A stretch of DNA of 64,000 bases from a virus: IMG/VR virus record IMGVR_UViG_2140918012_000003; one strand, given 5' to 3'. Below are positions 9,469-18,962 of the stretch, one piece after another. Every line of letters starts with the position of its first letter. Position 1 is the stretch's first letter. Position numbers and translations under genes: made by a program. A model generated the notes under the pieces. It searched no databases and had not been told where the DNA came from. It saw nothing but the letters and a program-made list of their open reading frames with translations.

Positions 9469-9965
9469 TGCGAGCAATGGATATCACGGGCATGTTTCAC
9501 GGTTTGCAGTTCACCAAATCGGCATCGGAGATTGTAGAGCGCGCCAAGAAGAAGGCCACGCAGATCAAAGCGAAGATCGAAGAGCGGCAACAGCGCATTG
9601 CTGCTTTGCGCAAAGAATACGGCATCGACGATGCTGCACTTGTGCAGCTTTTGCAGCAAGCCCGTAATCAGGCTCGTCAGGAAGCCAGTATGATGAGCTA
9701 TTCCTATACGAGCAATGCAACGGTAGGCGCGTCTAAGGGCGGTCAGGGCGGTCAGATCGAAGAAAAGCTAATTGGCGCTGGTGTAGTAAACAACCTGCTG
9801 ACCGAGAACGATTTCATCGAGTCTGAGCGCAAGCAGGTAGCCACGCTTGAGCTAATCGCTCGCAATTTGAAGCCCATCCCTCGCTTTTCGGACGGCGACG
9901 GGAAGGAGCTTCCTCCTGAGGAATTCACGCTGTCGCAGGAAGAACTGAAGTACCTGGATTTTTAG
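9468..9965 (+). CDS. hypothetical coiled-coil protein
   Basis: 165-aa ORF, TAATG overlap. Confidence 0.7.
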   Translation: MRAMDITGMFHGLQFTKSASEIVERAKKKATQIKAKIEERQQRIAALRKEYGIDDAALVQLLQQARNQARQEASMMSYSYTSNATVGASKGGQGGQIEEKLIGAGVVNNLLTENDFIESERKQVATLELIARNLKPIPRFSDGDGKELPPEEFTLSQEELKYLDF

Positions 9966-9996
9966 CGACAGGTAGCGGCTACGTGAACGAAGAGGG

Positions 9997-10209
9997 TTGA
10001 AAATGGACAAGGACTACTGGCTCACCAAGGTCTCGCACGCCGCATCCGACGTAGCTATGAGTAATTTTGGCCCTAATTTCGGTAAAGCAATGGGTGCTTT
10101 GGGTGTGACAATCAGAGAGGCTGCTAACGACCCTACTGGCGCTGGCAGCCTTGTTCTTTGCTCGATGATCCTCCAAGCGCTAGCCCCTGAATTAACGCAA
10201 TCAGAATGA
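9997..10209 (+). CDS. hypothetical protein
   Basis: 70-aa ORF. Confidence 0.55.
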   Translation: MKMDKDYWLTKVSHAASDVAMSNFGPNFGKAMGALGVTIREAANDPTGAGSLVLCSMILQALAPELTQSE

Positions 10210-11030
10210 GAACCGTAATCCTCTACCGCGACTCGCTCTTTTTACCTGAGGAACGAGCCGCAGCAGAGAAGTACTTTACCTGCACCAACTCCCGCATGGA
10301 TATCCGTGCGGGAGACCTTGTCATACCCAGGTACTCCGCTTTGCCTTTTTACGAAGAGCAGGAACGCGATATCCTGAAGGCTGGGGCGGTGATGCTCAAC
10401 ACGTTTAAGCAACATTGCTACATCGCTGGCATGCGTGGCTGGGTAGAAGATTTGGGTGAGCTAACGCCGCAAACATGGTACAGCGCTGAAGACCTTCCCG
10501 AAGAAGGGCCTTTTATTGTCAAGGGTCAAACCAATTCTTTTAAACATCGGTGGAGCGATACGATGTACGCGCCCACGAAGCGCGATGCAATCGAAATCAA
10601 ATACAAGCTGTCACTAGACTCGCTGATCGGTCAACAGGACATTTTCTTTCGGCGTTACGTGCCGTTGGTGACGTACATGCAGGGGTTCTACGACCTGCCC
10701 ATAACCAAGGAATTTAGGTTCTTCGTGCTGGACGGCAAGATACTGTGCGGGGCTTATTATTGGTCCAGCCACACGCAAGATTTGCTAGATGCAGGTATCA
10801 AGATTCCGAGTGCTGACGAGGTGCCCAAGGCTTTCTTAGAAACGTGCCTTGACAAAATTGGTACCTCTGCTAGAGGTTATGCGCTAGATGTGGCTGAAAA
10901 GCAGGCTGGTGGGTGGATGGTGGTCGAGTTGAACGATTTGCAGCAAAGTGGTTTGAGTGATAACGACCCGGATGTGTTCTATAAAGCGCTATCTGCGACA
11001 CTAGGAGGTTCCCATGCGACGCTTGAATAG
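10206..11030 (+). CDS. ATP-grasp domain protein (R2K/DUF4343-like)
   Basis: PFIVKG...EFRFFVLDG...YYW...YALDVA...GWMVVELND. Confidence 0.75.
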   Translation: MRTVILYRDSLFLPEERAAAEKYFTCTNSRMDIRAGDLVIPRYSALPFYEEQERDILKAGAVMLNTFKQHCYIAGMRGWVEDLGELTPQTWYSAEDLPEEGPFIVKGQTNSFKHRWSDTMYAPTKRDAIEIKYKLSLDSLIGQQDIFFRRYVPLVTYMQGFYDLPITKEFRFFVLDGKILCGAYYWSSHTQDLLDAGIKIPSADEVPKAFLETCLDKIGTSARGYALDVAEKQAGGWMVVELNDLQQSGLSDNDPDVFYKALSATLGGSHATLE

Positions 11031-11105
11031 CTACATTAAAAAGTACGGACCTGTGGCTGGCCCAATCATCTATCGTTTACTGCAAAGTCAGGCTGCGCAT
11101 GCGCG

Positions 11106-11585
11106 TTGGTCGGCTGCGAGGCGCTAGGTTTTCACATGGCGTTTTGCAACAATGACGCACCCTGTGGGCATGGTTGTAGTCGCCAGGACGACCATGGAGG
11201 TGGGTGTGACTGCTATTCGGACAATTGTGCGGTATCGCGGCAACGCCGAGGTATTAAGACGCCTGCCACGCCTGCCAAGACACGCACGCCTGCCAAGACG
11301 GCCACAGATTTCCGGCTACTGCTGATGAAGTATCTGCGATTGGTGGGTGAGAAGGAAGGTACTCATTTTCTGGGGCGTAGGCCGTCTTTTATCAGTCAGG
11401 AAGAGTGGGATGAGTTGCAGGAAATTGCTAAAGCCTCAGATAAAAAGGAGAATTGGACCCCCGACCTTATTAGTAGGCTCACATCGGCTCTTTTGCAGGG
11501 TGATCAAAACGGTACGTATTTGACGGTAGCTGATACGAATTTGATTGAGGACATCCGCGAAGCACTGAAAGGCAAAGGCAAGTAA
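11106..11585 (+). CDS. hypothetical protein
   Basis: 159-aa ORF, start uncertain. Confidence 0.5.
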   Translation: MVGCEALGFHMAFCNNDAPCGHGCSRQDDHGGGCDCYSDNCAVSRQRRGIKTPATPAKTRTPAKTATDFRLLLMKYLRLVGEKEGTHFLGRRPSFISQEEWDELQEIAKASDKKENWTPDLISRLTSALLQGDQNGTYLTVADTNLIEDIREALKGKGK

Positions 11586-11807
11586 ATGCACGGTAGGAAA
11601 GTAAAAAGCGCAGTTGTGGACGATAAGCGTAAGACTGCTGCGGGGTTCAAGATTCTCACTGTCATAGTCGAAGGCTGTGGGCACAAGATTGAACTTTCAG
11701 CCAACCCCTCTAACGTCAGACGCTTCACGCCCAGTTCGTCGTTTATCTGTCATCAGTGTATGACACCTCCCAAGGAGATTTTTGCAACCAGATGGGACAA
11801 CAATTAG
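11586..11807 (+). CDS. small zinc-ribbon protein
   Basis: CGH...CHQC. Confidence 0.55.
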   Translation: MHGRKVKSAVVDDKRKTAAGFKILTVIVEGCGHKIELSANPSNVRRFTPSSSFICHQCMTPPKEIFATRWDNN

Positions 11808-11828
11808 AATTAGCAATGGAGCTTTATT

Positions 11829-12269
11829 ATGCCAGTCTCAAAAACAACCCAGAAGCCCCAGCGTGGTCGCAACTCTCCGAAGCAGAAAGAGAGCGATGGA
11901 TCGAAATCGCCCGACAAGGACAAATGGGTGAGGTTGGCTCCAGATACGACCGAGACGTGCGACAAGACTGATTTTGGCTGGGCTAGAGACCCTGCCAGTA
12001 AAGACAGGTGCGGTGCCCAAGCGCTGTTCATCAAAAAGTCTACCTGCGGCTGTGGTCAATGCGACATGACCCACAGGCACTGCGCGTTGCACCAAGTGGA
12101 ATATTTAAGCCAGGAGCTAGAGGACGAACGTGACCTCAAGCAGAAGCTGATCAGTGCTTTGCGTAGAGCCAATAAAAAGCTGGATTCCGACGAACTGGCG
12201 CTGTATCATGCGATTGGCTTTGAGGTTTATCCGAAGCCAAAAGCGCACCCGAAGGGATTGACACCGTAA
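11829..12269 (+). CDS. hypothetical protein
   Basis: 146-aa ORF, GGAG upstream. Confidence 0.55.
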   Translation: MPVSKTTQKPQRGRNSPKQKESDGSKSPDKDKWVRLAPDTTETCDKTDFGWARDPASKDRCGAQALFIKKSTCGCGQCDMTHRHCALHQVEYLSQELEDERDLKQKLISALRRANKKLDSDELALYHAIGFEVYPKPKAHPKGLTP

Positions 12270-12481
12270 TGGCTGATATACAGATGGTATCCCTTCGCGC
12301 CGAGATTCCTGACGGTTCGGTGCGCGAATACGTTGCTGCTGAGAGCATCTTGAACATGTATTTAGAAGTTGTCCCCATTGCCGGGGACATTATTTACACG
12401 AACCTGCAAGCATTTCATGTCAGACAGCGCATTTGGTCTGGCACGTCGGCCATTATTCTAGTTGTGAGGCCGGTGCCGTGA
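12269..12481 (+). CDS. hypothetical protein
   Basis: 70-aa ORF, TAATG overlap. Confidence 0.55.
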   Translation: MADIQMVSLRAEIPDGSVREYVAAESILNMYLEVVPIAGDIIYTNLQAFHVRQRIWSGTSAIILVVRPVP

Positions 12482-13086
12482 AATGGCGACTAGAAAAACC
12501 CACCGCACTACCGCTTAACCGGTGGCTCGGTAATCCCAATAAGGAGTATTCCTGGGACGACTGGAAGCGCGACACCAAGGCTAAGTACCCGGTGCGCTAT
12601 TTCCTGCAAGAGACGCTACCTCTGTGGTTCAAGGTGCATTTCACGATGAATATCGAGCACGCCTGGTACTGGCTGCGTACGCACACGGTGCATCGCTACC
12701 ATGTTCTTGATCTGCGCAATCCTGAGTATAAGTGGGGCTGGCGGGACAGGTCTCAGACCATGATGTACGCTTGCTTTAATTTGGTGAAAGATTTCGTTGA
12801 GAAGGAAAAAGCATTCGATTGCCATGTCAGTTGGGACAGCGATGATGAGCACCGTGAGGCCAAGGCTGAGATCATGTCTATTTATACCTGGTGGACGAAA
12901 GACCGCTGGGAGCTAGACAAGCAAGCTACTGCGGCCACTAAAAATCATCAGTGGGGTGGCGACGAAGAATCTGAAGCGTCCAAGCAAAGTACCAAAGAGT
13001 ACCGACGCATCACCGATGAGATCGAAGCCACTGATCAGAAGATGCTTGAAAAGGCGATTAAATTCAGGGGGTGCATGTGGACGTAG
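12478..13086 (+). CDS. hypothetical Trp-rich phage protein
   Basis: ORF 12433-13086; GTG 12478 in GTGA overlap. Confidence 0.7.
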   Translation: MKWRLEKPTALPLNRWLGNPNKEYSWDDWKRDTKAKYPVRYFLQETLPLWFKVHFTMNIEHAWYWLRTHTVHRYHVLDLRNPEYKWGWRDRSQTMMYACFNLVKDFVEKEKAFDCHVSWDSDDEHREAKAEIMSIYTWWTKDRWELDKQATAATKNHQWGGDEESEASKQSTKEYRRITDEIEATDQKMLEKAIKFRGCMWT

Positions 13087-13547
13087 CAAATGCGCCATCT
13101 ATTTCTGATAAGATTATTGCACTAGCCAAAGAATCGAAAGGTGAGGTGCTGGCGGTTGTTGTAGTCACGCACTATCGTGACCCTTGGAAGGGTGAGGGAA
13201 GGCAGACCAAATACGAAGTGCAATATGACTCAACTGTATACGGTGATGAACGGTATCTGGCCGGTGAAGGCATTTCACCCAGCGTTCCAGAGGCTGTGAT
13301 ACGCGCAGGTAAAAATATGAAAACCGCGCTTGGTAGCTGCGACGGCGCTGTTGAAGAATGCCTAGTTGACGAAAAGCCGCATTGTTGGTGCCGAGATGTC
13401 GTATGCGAAAATCCGTTCAATAAAGGACAGAAGGTACCCGCGACTGAGTGCTGTCGGTGTAACGTCAAGCGATACAAGGAAGCTGCGCAGTCAAAGCCAA
13501 TGGCCGTCATAGACCCGCCTGAGCTTCCACCAATTGTTGAAAATTAA
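13071..13547 (+). CDS. hypothetical protein
   Basis: 158-aa ORF. Confidence 0.6.
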   Translation: MHVDVANAPSISDKIIALAKESKGEVLAVVVVTHYRDPWKGEGRQTKYEVQYDSTVYGDERYLAGEGISPSVPEAVIRAGKNMKTALGSCDGAVEECLVDEKPHCWCRDVVCENPFNKGQKVPATECCRCNVKRYKEAAQSKPMAVIDPPELPPIVEN

Positions 13548-13552
13548 ATCGG

Positions 13553-13948
13553 ATGCAAAGAGTTGAGAATAGGGACGACCATCGAGTCGTGTGGCACGGA
13601 GCGTACGGGTGGCGCACGCGCCATGATGTTGTGTCGCACTACTACGCCAGTAGCGATTGCGAATCCTTGATACAAGGGTTTGTCGAGCTATTAGAAGTGC
13701 GCGACCCAATTCAATTAGGTTTATTTGGACGTAGCAGTGTTTTTATCTTGCACAGTTACCTGTCCGATCGAGGCTCAATCTGGTGGGAGTGCCCGTCACT
13801 CAAAGAAGCTGCCCGCGTAAAGAAAGCCTTCTTCAAGTGGCACTGGGCAGATGTGACGCCAGAAAGTGTGCCTGTGCTAGAGGGCAGGCCAACGCAGAAT
13901 GCTCCAAAAGCGGATCCGTGGTTCTACAAAGAGCCGCAGGCAGCATGA
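13553..13948 (+). CDS. hypothetical protein
   Basis: 131-aa ORF. Confidence 0.55.
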   Translation: MQRVENRDDHRVVWHGAYGWRTRHDVVSHYYASSDCESLIQGFVELLEVRDPIQLGLFGRSSVFILHSYLSDRGSIWWECPSLKEAARVKKAFFKWHWADVTPESVPVLEGRPTQNAPKADPWFYKEPQAA

Positions 13949-14790
13949 TTCTAACTGGACCGTGTGAGATGGTGTTATCGTCGGTGCCTGACGCTCAGGT
14001 CAAACTGATCGTCACCTCACCGCCCTATAATATCGGCAAGGAGTACGAGCAGGCGCAGACGCTAGATGCCTACCTCCAAAGTTTTGAGAAGGCCGCCGAG
14101 CAATTTTTACGTGTGCTTCACCCAGAGGGTTCGCTTTGTTGGCAGGTCGGCAATTACGTGACTGAAGGCGAGATCGTGCCGCTCGATGTGCTTTTTTACA
14201 GTTTCTGGAAACGCTACGGCTTCAAGCTTCGCAACCGAGTCATCTGGCATTTTGACCACGGTCTGCACGCCCAGAGGCGATTTTCAGGGCGCTATGAGGT
14301 TTTGTTGTGGTTCACACGGGGCGACACGTACACGTTCAACCTAGATGCCGTGCGTGTGCCCAGTAAATATCCTGGCAAGAAGCATTACAAGGGGCCTCGC
14401 AAGGGCCAGCTATCGGGTAATCCGCTTGGGAAGAACCCATCTGATTTTTGGGGCGAGGTAAAAGAGGTTGTGAGCGACGACTGGGACCGAGGGGTGTGGG
14501 AGGTGCCCAATGTGAAGCACAACCACCCCGAGAAGACAGCCCACCCGTGCCAGTTCCCAATCGAATTTGTGGAGCGCTGTGTCCTGGCCTTCACGAACCC
14601 TGGTGATTTAGTGCTTGACCCCTACGCCGGATCTGGTACGAGCGTTCTGGCAGCTTTGAAGCTCGGGCGACGCGGCCTCATGTGCGAGACGGATGCGGGG
14701 TATATCGAAATAGCTAAGCAAAGATTAGCAGCGTTTGAGTCTGGGACGCTAGGCTATCGCGAGTTGGGTAAGCCAATTTATGGGTCATAG
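13945..14790 (+). CDS. DNA amino-methyltransferase (N4-C/N6-A, beta class), orphan
   Basis: VTSPPY catalytic motif precedes VLDPYAGSGT SAM motif; HPCQFP; ATGA overlap start. Confidence 0.92.
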   Translation: MILTGPCEMVLSSVPDAQVKLIVTSPPYNIGKEYEQAQTLDAYLQSFEKAAEQFLRVLHPEGSLCWQVGNYVTEGEIVPLDVLFYSFWKRYGFKLRNRVIWHFDHGLHAQRRFSGRYEVLLWFTRGDTYTFNLDAVRVPSKYPGKKHYKGPRKGQLSGNPLGKNPSDFWGEVKEVVSDDWDRGVWEVPNVKHNHPEKTAHPCQFPIEFVERCVLAFTNPGDLVLDPYAGSGTSVLAALKLGRRGLMCETDAGYIEIAKQRLAAFESGTLGYRELGKPIYGS

Positions 14791-15292
14791 TTTTGAAACT
14801 CCACCTTGCTACGGCGAGCACTCTTGCCGCGTATGCCAGGATGTTGCCAGGCAACACTTGGCAAGTGTGGGCGAGCATATTATATCTAAAGGTACTTTTC
14901 AGGATGTGTGCAAGGTAGCTTTGGTTTGGCGCCGCGATCACGGGTGGGCACCTGCTGGCGTGCTTCCGGTCGTAGATAAAGCAGTCACAGTCACAGTCAC
15001 AAAATCTACAGAAGAAGCTATGGAGCTTCTTGAAACCTCAAAAGCATCTCTTGTAGCTTACGGGCGTAAAGAAGCTATTCGGCTGGCTAAGGAAAATGGA
15101 GAGGTGACAAGCAGAGATGTTAGACAAGCAATGGAAGGCGCTGGACTTTTGAAAAAAGACTCAAAGGAACATTGGCTAGGGGCTGTTTTTAGAGGTAAAC
15201 CTTTCAAGTGGACTGGTCGATACTTTGTCTATTCAGACCCCATTCGAAACATACACGAACGAACCATCAAAATCTGGACGATTTCTGAATAA
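14780..15292 (+). CDS. hypothetical protein
   Basis: 170-aa ORF. Confidence 0.6.
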   Translation: MGHSFETPPCYGEHSCRVCQDVARQHLASVGEHIISKGTFQDVCKVALVWRRDHGWAPAGVLPVVDKAVTVTVTKSTEEAMELLETSKASLVAYGRKEAIRLAKENGEVTSRDVRQAMEGAGLLKKDSKEHWLGAVFRGKPFKWTGRYFVYSDPIRNIHERTIKIWTISE

Positions 15293-15319
15293 TCGCTACG
15301 CGACGAAAGGAGCACGAAG

Positions 15320-15547
15320 ATGAACAAGAAGATTAACATCTACGTAATGCCCGATAAGGGCAAGATCAAGAACCCAGGCCACAAATTCCTCGTCGCTAGG
15401 CGTACGAAGAAGAATTCCAAAGGCCGTTACGTGACTGCTGCTGAAGCCTTCAAGTTCGGACTTTTCTGGCCTAACAGTCTAGTTTCTAGCCGCGATGACC
15501 TGGCGCTGCGTATCGGTCGCGAGATTCTGACCGAGGCCGGCGTGTGA
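15320..15547 (+). CDS. hypothetical protein
   Basis: 75-aa ORF, AAGGAG upstream. Confidence 0.65.
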   Translation: MNKKINIYVMPDKGKIKNPGHKFLVARRTKKNSKGRYVTAAEAFKFGLFWPNSLVSSRDDLALRIGREILTEAGV

Positions 15548-15876
15548 AAGTCCTCGTCTGCGGTGGTCGCGATTTCAGCGACATCTTTGCGATGCGTGCT
15601 GCGCTAAAAGAGCTACTACCTGGCACAATCATCGTACATGGTGCAGCCAAGGGTGCTGATGCGCTGGCTGGTACAGTAGCTCGTGAAATGGGTTTTGAAG
15701 TGCGAGAATACCCAGCTAAGTGGGATGTTCACGGACGATCGGCTGGCCCTAGGCGTAATATCGAGATGCTAGAAAAAGAGATTCCTGACCTGGTGATTGC
15801 CTTTCCAGGTGGCAAAGGCACCGCACACATGTGCTCGATTGCTGAAAAGGCTGGTGTCACTGTTAAAAAGCTTTGA
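15544..15876 (+). CDS. SLOG superfamily protein (YspA/DUF2493-like)
   Basis: VLVCGGRDF...IVHGAAKGAD...AGPRRN.EML....VIAFPGGKGT.HM. Confidence 0.88.
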   Translation: MKVLVCGGRDFSDIFAMRAALKELLPGTIIVHGAAKGADALAGTVAREMGFEVREYPAKWDVHGRSAGPRRNIEMLEKEIPDLVIAFPGGKGTAHMCSIAEKAGVTVKKL

Positions 15877-15885
15877 GGTGCGTAC

Positions 15886-16101
15886 ATGAGCGAAGAAGCG
15901 GACGTTATGGCACCTCCTGGTGCCATCTGGATTTGTGGTGCCTGTGGGAAGGCATCTAAAAGTCGCTACGGAGACGATGGCACTTTTTGGGACGAGTCTT
16001 GTACGCTAAATGCAACCCTCTGCCATGATGACCCTCCCACATTCGGTGAAGACGGCGTGCGCCAATATCGTGCTTTTAAGCTATCTGTTAAAAAAGCTTG
16101 A
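15886..16101 (+). CDS. small zinc-binding hypothetical protein
   Basis: WICGACGK; GAGG upstream. Confidence 0.6.
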   Translation: MSEEADVMAPPGAIWICGACGKASKSRYGDDGTFWDESCTLNATLCHDDPPTFGEDGVRQYRAFKLSVKKA

Positions 16102-16161
16102 CACGTCCAAGTCTGGCGTGTAAATAGACTGCTCTTTCAACCAATCACATCGGAGATAAAA

Positions 16162-16998
16162 ATGCTGCCTGAACGCACGATTCTGGTCACTGGTATCACG
16201 GGTAAACAGGGCGGTGCTGTTGCTCGCGCTCTTGTCGGTAAGGGTTTCAAGCTGCGTGGCCTGACCCGCAAGCCTGACAGCGATCCTGCCAAGGCAATGG
16301 CGCAGCTTGGTGTAGAAATCTGCCAGGGCGATTTTGACGACCTGTCATCGCTCACCAAGGCCATGACAGGTTGCTGGGGCGTGTATGCGGTCCAGAACAC
16401 TTGGGAAGCCGGCGTCGAAAAGGAAGAGACGCAGGGTAAGGCTGTTGCGAAGCTCGCCAAGGAGCTAGGCGTGCAGCATTTTGTCTATTCGTCGGTTGGC
16501 TCAGCACACAAGGCAACCGGCATTCCGCACTTTGATAACAAGCACCGAATTGAAGAGACTGTGCGTAGCCTGGCGTTCCCCTCGCACGCGATTATCCGAC
16601 CGGTGTTCTTCATGGAAAACCTGACCACGCCGTGGTTCTTGAACGGTGACACGCTGGCCACGGCGATGAAGCCCGATACTAAATTGCAGATGATTGCCGT
16701 CGAAGACATCGGCAAGATTGGCGCTGCTGCTTTTATCCTGGCCCCCAAAACCATGGAAATCGACATCGCAGGCGACGCTGTGTCTATGGCAGAGGTTGCC
16801 GCAGCCCTCAGCGCAAAGCTGGGACGCACGATTGAATTCAAGCAGCTTCCCATCGACGCTGTTCGTGCCAACAGCGCTGATTTTGCGACCATGCTAGAAT
16901 GGTTTGAGTCCACTGGCTACAGCGCCGACATACCGGCCGTTGAAAAGGCCCACGGGGCGATGGTAAAATTTAGCGATTGGGTTGCTAAGAACGCATGA
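16162..16998 (+). CDS. NmrA/HSCARG-family NAD(P)-binding protein
   Basis: ILVTGITGKQGGAVARAL; HFVYSSV; PHFDNK; IIRPVFFMEN. Confidence 0.92.
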   Translation: MLPERTILVTGITGKQGGAVARALVGKGFKLRGLTRKPDSDPAKAMAQLGVEICQGDFDDLSSLTKAMTGCWGVYAVQNTWEAGVEKEETQGKAVAKLAKELGVQHFVYSSVGSAHKATGIPHFDNKHRIEETVRSLAFPSHAIIRPVFFMENLTTPWFLNGDTLATAMKPDTKLQMIAVEDIGKIGAAAFILAPKTMEIDIAGDAVSMAEVAAALSAKLGRTIEFKQLPIDAVRANSADFATMLEWFESTGYSADIPAVEKAHGAMVKFSDWVAKNA

Positions 16999-17273
16999 TG
17001 ACGCCTGCTGAAAAGCGTGAGGCGATAGCAGAGCTAAATGAAGATGCTCTGCTAGCTGACGGGTTTGAGGATGCTTTGGTTGGCTACGTGCAAGTTTTTA
17101 ACAAGACAATTGCACTATACGACCGTGCGAAATGCATAAGCATCCTCATGTCTCGTGACGGCATGTCCGAGGAAGAGAGCGAAGAATTCTTTGAGTTCAA
17201 TGTCGTCGGAGCATACGTGGGCGAGCACACGCCTGCGTTTGCTTCATTCTTCGATGGAGGGTCACTGCCATGA
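16995..17273 (+). CDS. hypothetical phage protein
   Basis: ALLADGFEDALVG...EFFEFNVVGAYVGEHTP pattern resembling small phage proteins. Confidence 0.7.
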   Translation: MMTPAEKREAIAELNEDALLADGFEDALVGYVQVFNKTIALYDRAKCISILMSRDGMSEEESEEFFEFNVVGAYVGEHTPAFASFFDGGSLP

Positions 17274-17581
17274 AACAAAACGGATGCCCTGAATGCGAAA
17301 AAAGCACTGGTCCTTGCAATTTGCACTCGTCAGTGACTTACATTTTAGGCGGTAATACGCAACCGCTACCTCAAATGGGTTGGCTTTGCCCACGCTGCGG
17401 TGCGGGTGTCTCGCCCCTGGCTATAAAATGCCCGTGCAGCATGCAGTCCGCCCCGTACTGGCCATTTATCGGTCATATTAGCTTCCCATATCCGAATGTC
17501 TACATCGGTGACCCGCAGCCGGAACCGTTTACTGGTGATCAGCCTATGGGGCCGTTTACGACGATTTCTTCGTACTCTTGA
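17270..17581 (+). CDS. hypothetical Cys-containing protein
   Basis: CPEC, GWLCPRCG motifs. Confidence 0.55.
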   Translation: MKQNGCPECEKSTGPCNLHSSVTYILGGNTQPLPQMGWLCPRCGAGVSPLAIKCPCSMQSAPYWPFIGHISFPYPNVYIGDPQPEPFTGDQPMGPFTTISSYS

Positions 17582-17605
17582 CATAACTGTCAAATCTGTT
17601 ATACT
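17578..17605 (+). promoter_or_regulatory. sigma70-like promoter, extended -10, TTGACA..TGTCAA palindrome
   Basis: TTGACA-16-TATACT with TG extension; ATG 10 nt downstream. Confidence 0.7.
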
Positions 17606-17615
17606 AGGCTGCACG

Positions 17616-18155
17616 ATGGCAAGTGGCGGCTCCAAAGTCCTGTTCTCTCTCAAACTGCACATCAAAGGGCGCTTCCTAGATGTGTCGGTGCAACGGCTGC
17701 CTAGCCTCACGCTGATTGCGGCCTTGCACCCGGTCGAGCCTCCTACGCCGCTGCCGGAGCCCAGCGATAACTACACGATTACTACCGAGCCGTGCGCGCA
17801 AGTAGCTACGTTCAAAATCAATACGATCAAAGCCCTTCGGACGGTGTTTCCTCCTATTGGCCTCAAAGAGGCCAAGGAAGCAGCCGACAAGATGGTGACT
17901 TCGCATGTCGATCTTGGGAGGGAATTCAAGAAGTCTTTTGATAGCTCTGAAAAAGCGCGACAAGCCATCGATACTTTGACTCGTGAGGGTAATCTACCTT
18001 TCAGCATCTTCAATGTCGTGCCTGTCGATGGTGTGTCGCTTAGTGCCCGTGTCATGGAGGTTGTGGGGGAAGGCGAGGGTGGCACATGTTACAGGTGTGA
18101 CCAGGCTCGGGCACTGATCGCAGCCGATAAACTGCGTGATATGGGTGTAGGATGA
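17616..18155 (+). CDS. protein with ribosomal protein bL12 (L7/L12) C-terminal-like domain
   Basis: KINTIKALRTVFPPIGLKEAKEAADK resembles bL12 CTD KI.vIKavR....lGLKEAK. Confidence 0.6.
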   Translation: MASGGSKVLFSLKLHIKGRFLDVSVQRLPSLTLIAALHPVEPPTPLPEPSDNYTITTEPCAQVATFKINTIKALRTVFPPIGLKEAKEAADKMVTSHVDLGREFKKSFDSSEKARQAIDTLTREGNLPFSIFNVVPVDGVSLSARVMEVVGEGEGGTCYRCDQARALIAADKLRDMGVG

Positions 18156-18700
18156 CCGATATCGAGCGTTGGCTGACCAACACCACAGCCATGAAGGCAA
18201 CGCTGCCTGTACCAGCAGGGACTATCTATCGTGGCATGGACGATTTTATCCTGCGTCACGGTCGCCTGTACACGCCCCAAGAATTAACGCCGGCTGAGCG
18301 CAAGATTGTTACAGCCGCAGCAAGGCGTACCAAGCCTTTCAAGATCAAAGAGTGTTTTTATAACGCGCAGAAAATGCTCAGGGCTGATGAGACCGACACG
18401 CTTGTCTACGTCGAAGGCTATGCAACTAGCATAATCCCCATCCACCACGGGTGGCTCACGATTAACGACAAGGTGATTGATTTCACGATGCGTGAGCGCG
18501 TAGACGGTAAAACCGTTGAACGTCGGCCCTATGGTGCTGGTATTTTCGGTGCCTGGAAAGCTGACCGCGAGTACTTCGGTGTGCCTATTCCTAAAGAGCG
18601 CATGCTGGCTTTTACAGCCGATGGCATGGGTGCGTCCATCATTGACGACTGGCAGAACGGCTGGCCTTTGTTGCGGCGGAGTGGAAGCAGCCGTGATTGA
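18152..18700 (+). CDS. papain/transglutaminase-fold protein (putative Cys-His-Asp triad)
   Basis: ECFYNA...YVEGYA...HHGWL....VIDFT. Confidence 0.55.
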   Translation: MTDIERWLTNTTAMKATLPVPAGTIYRGMDDFILRHGRLYTPQELTPAERKIVTAAARRTKPFKIKECFYNAQKMLRADETDTLVYVEGYATSIIPIHHGWLTINDKVIDFTMRERVDGKTVERRPYGAGIFGAWKADREYFGVPIPKERMLAFTADGMGASIIDDWQNGWPLLRRSGSSRD

Positions 18701-18962
18701 TGCAGGCAAATTTGTATTGCTTAATGGCATCGATCGTGTGGGGTTGATTATCCGTAGATCAGTGGATCGCAATGGGTATGAACCTGATGAAAAGACGTAC
18801 GTGTATGAGATAGCTTTTGATTCTAGTACAGAACTAGGGTTTCTTATACACAATTACTATATTGAGGAAGAATTTAAGGTTCTGGACCCTGCAACTGCGA
18901 CTGAACAAGACGCTGCACGGATCGCAGCCTTCGCGCTTTTGTACCCTGAGTATGTACCATGA
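18693..18962 (+). CDS. IAA(F/Q)LL-motif family protein
   Basis: C-term FKVLDP....DAARIAAFALLYPE; GTG 18693. Confidence 0.7.
   Translation: MIDAGKFVLLNGIDRVGLIIRRSVDRNGYEPDEKTYVYEIAFDSSTELGFLIHNYYIEEEFKVLDPATATEQDAARIAAFALLYPEYVP

Noticed and set aside
11258-11300. Short tandem repeat ACGCCTGCC(AAGAC)
   Set aside because: Encodes a low-complexity TPA(K)T linker inside an ORF; unremarkable.
14983-15001. CAGTCA microsatellite
   Set aside because: Three in-frame copies encoding VTVTVT; no sign of phase variation.
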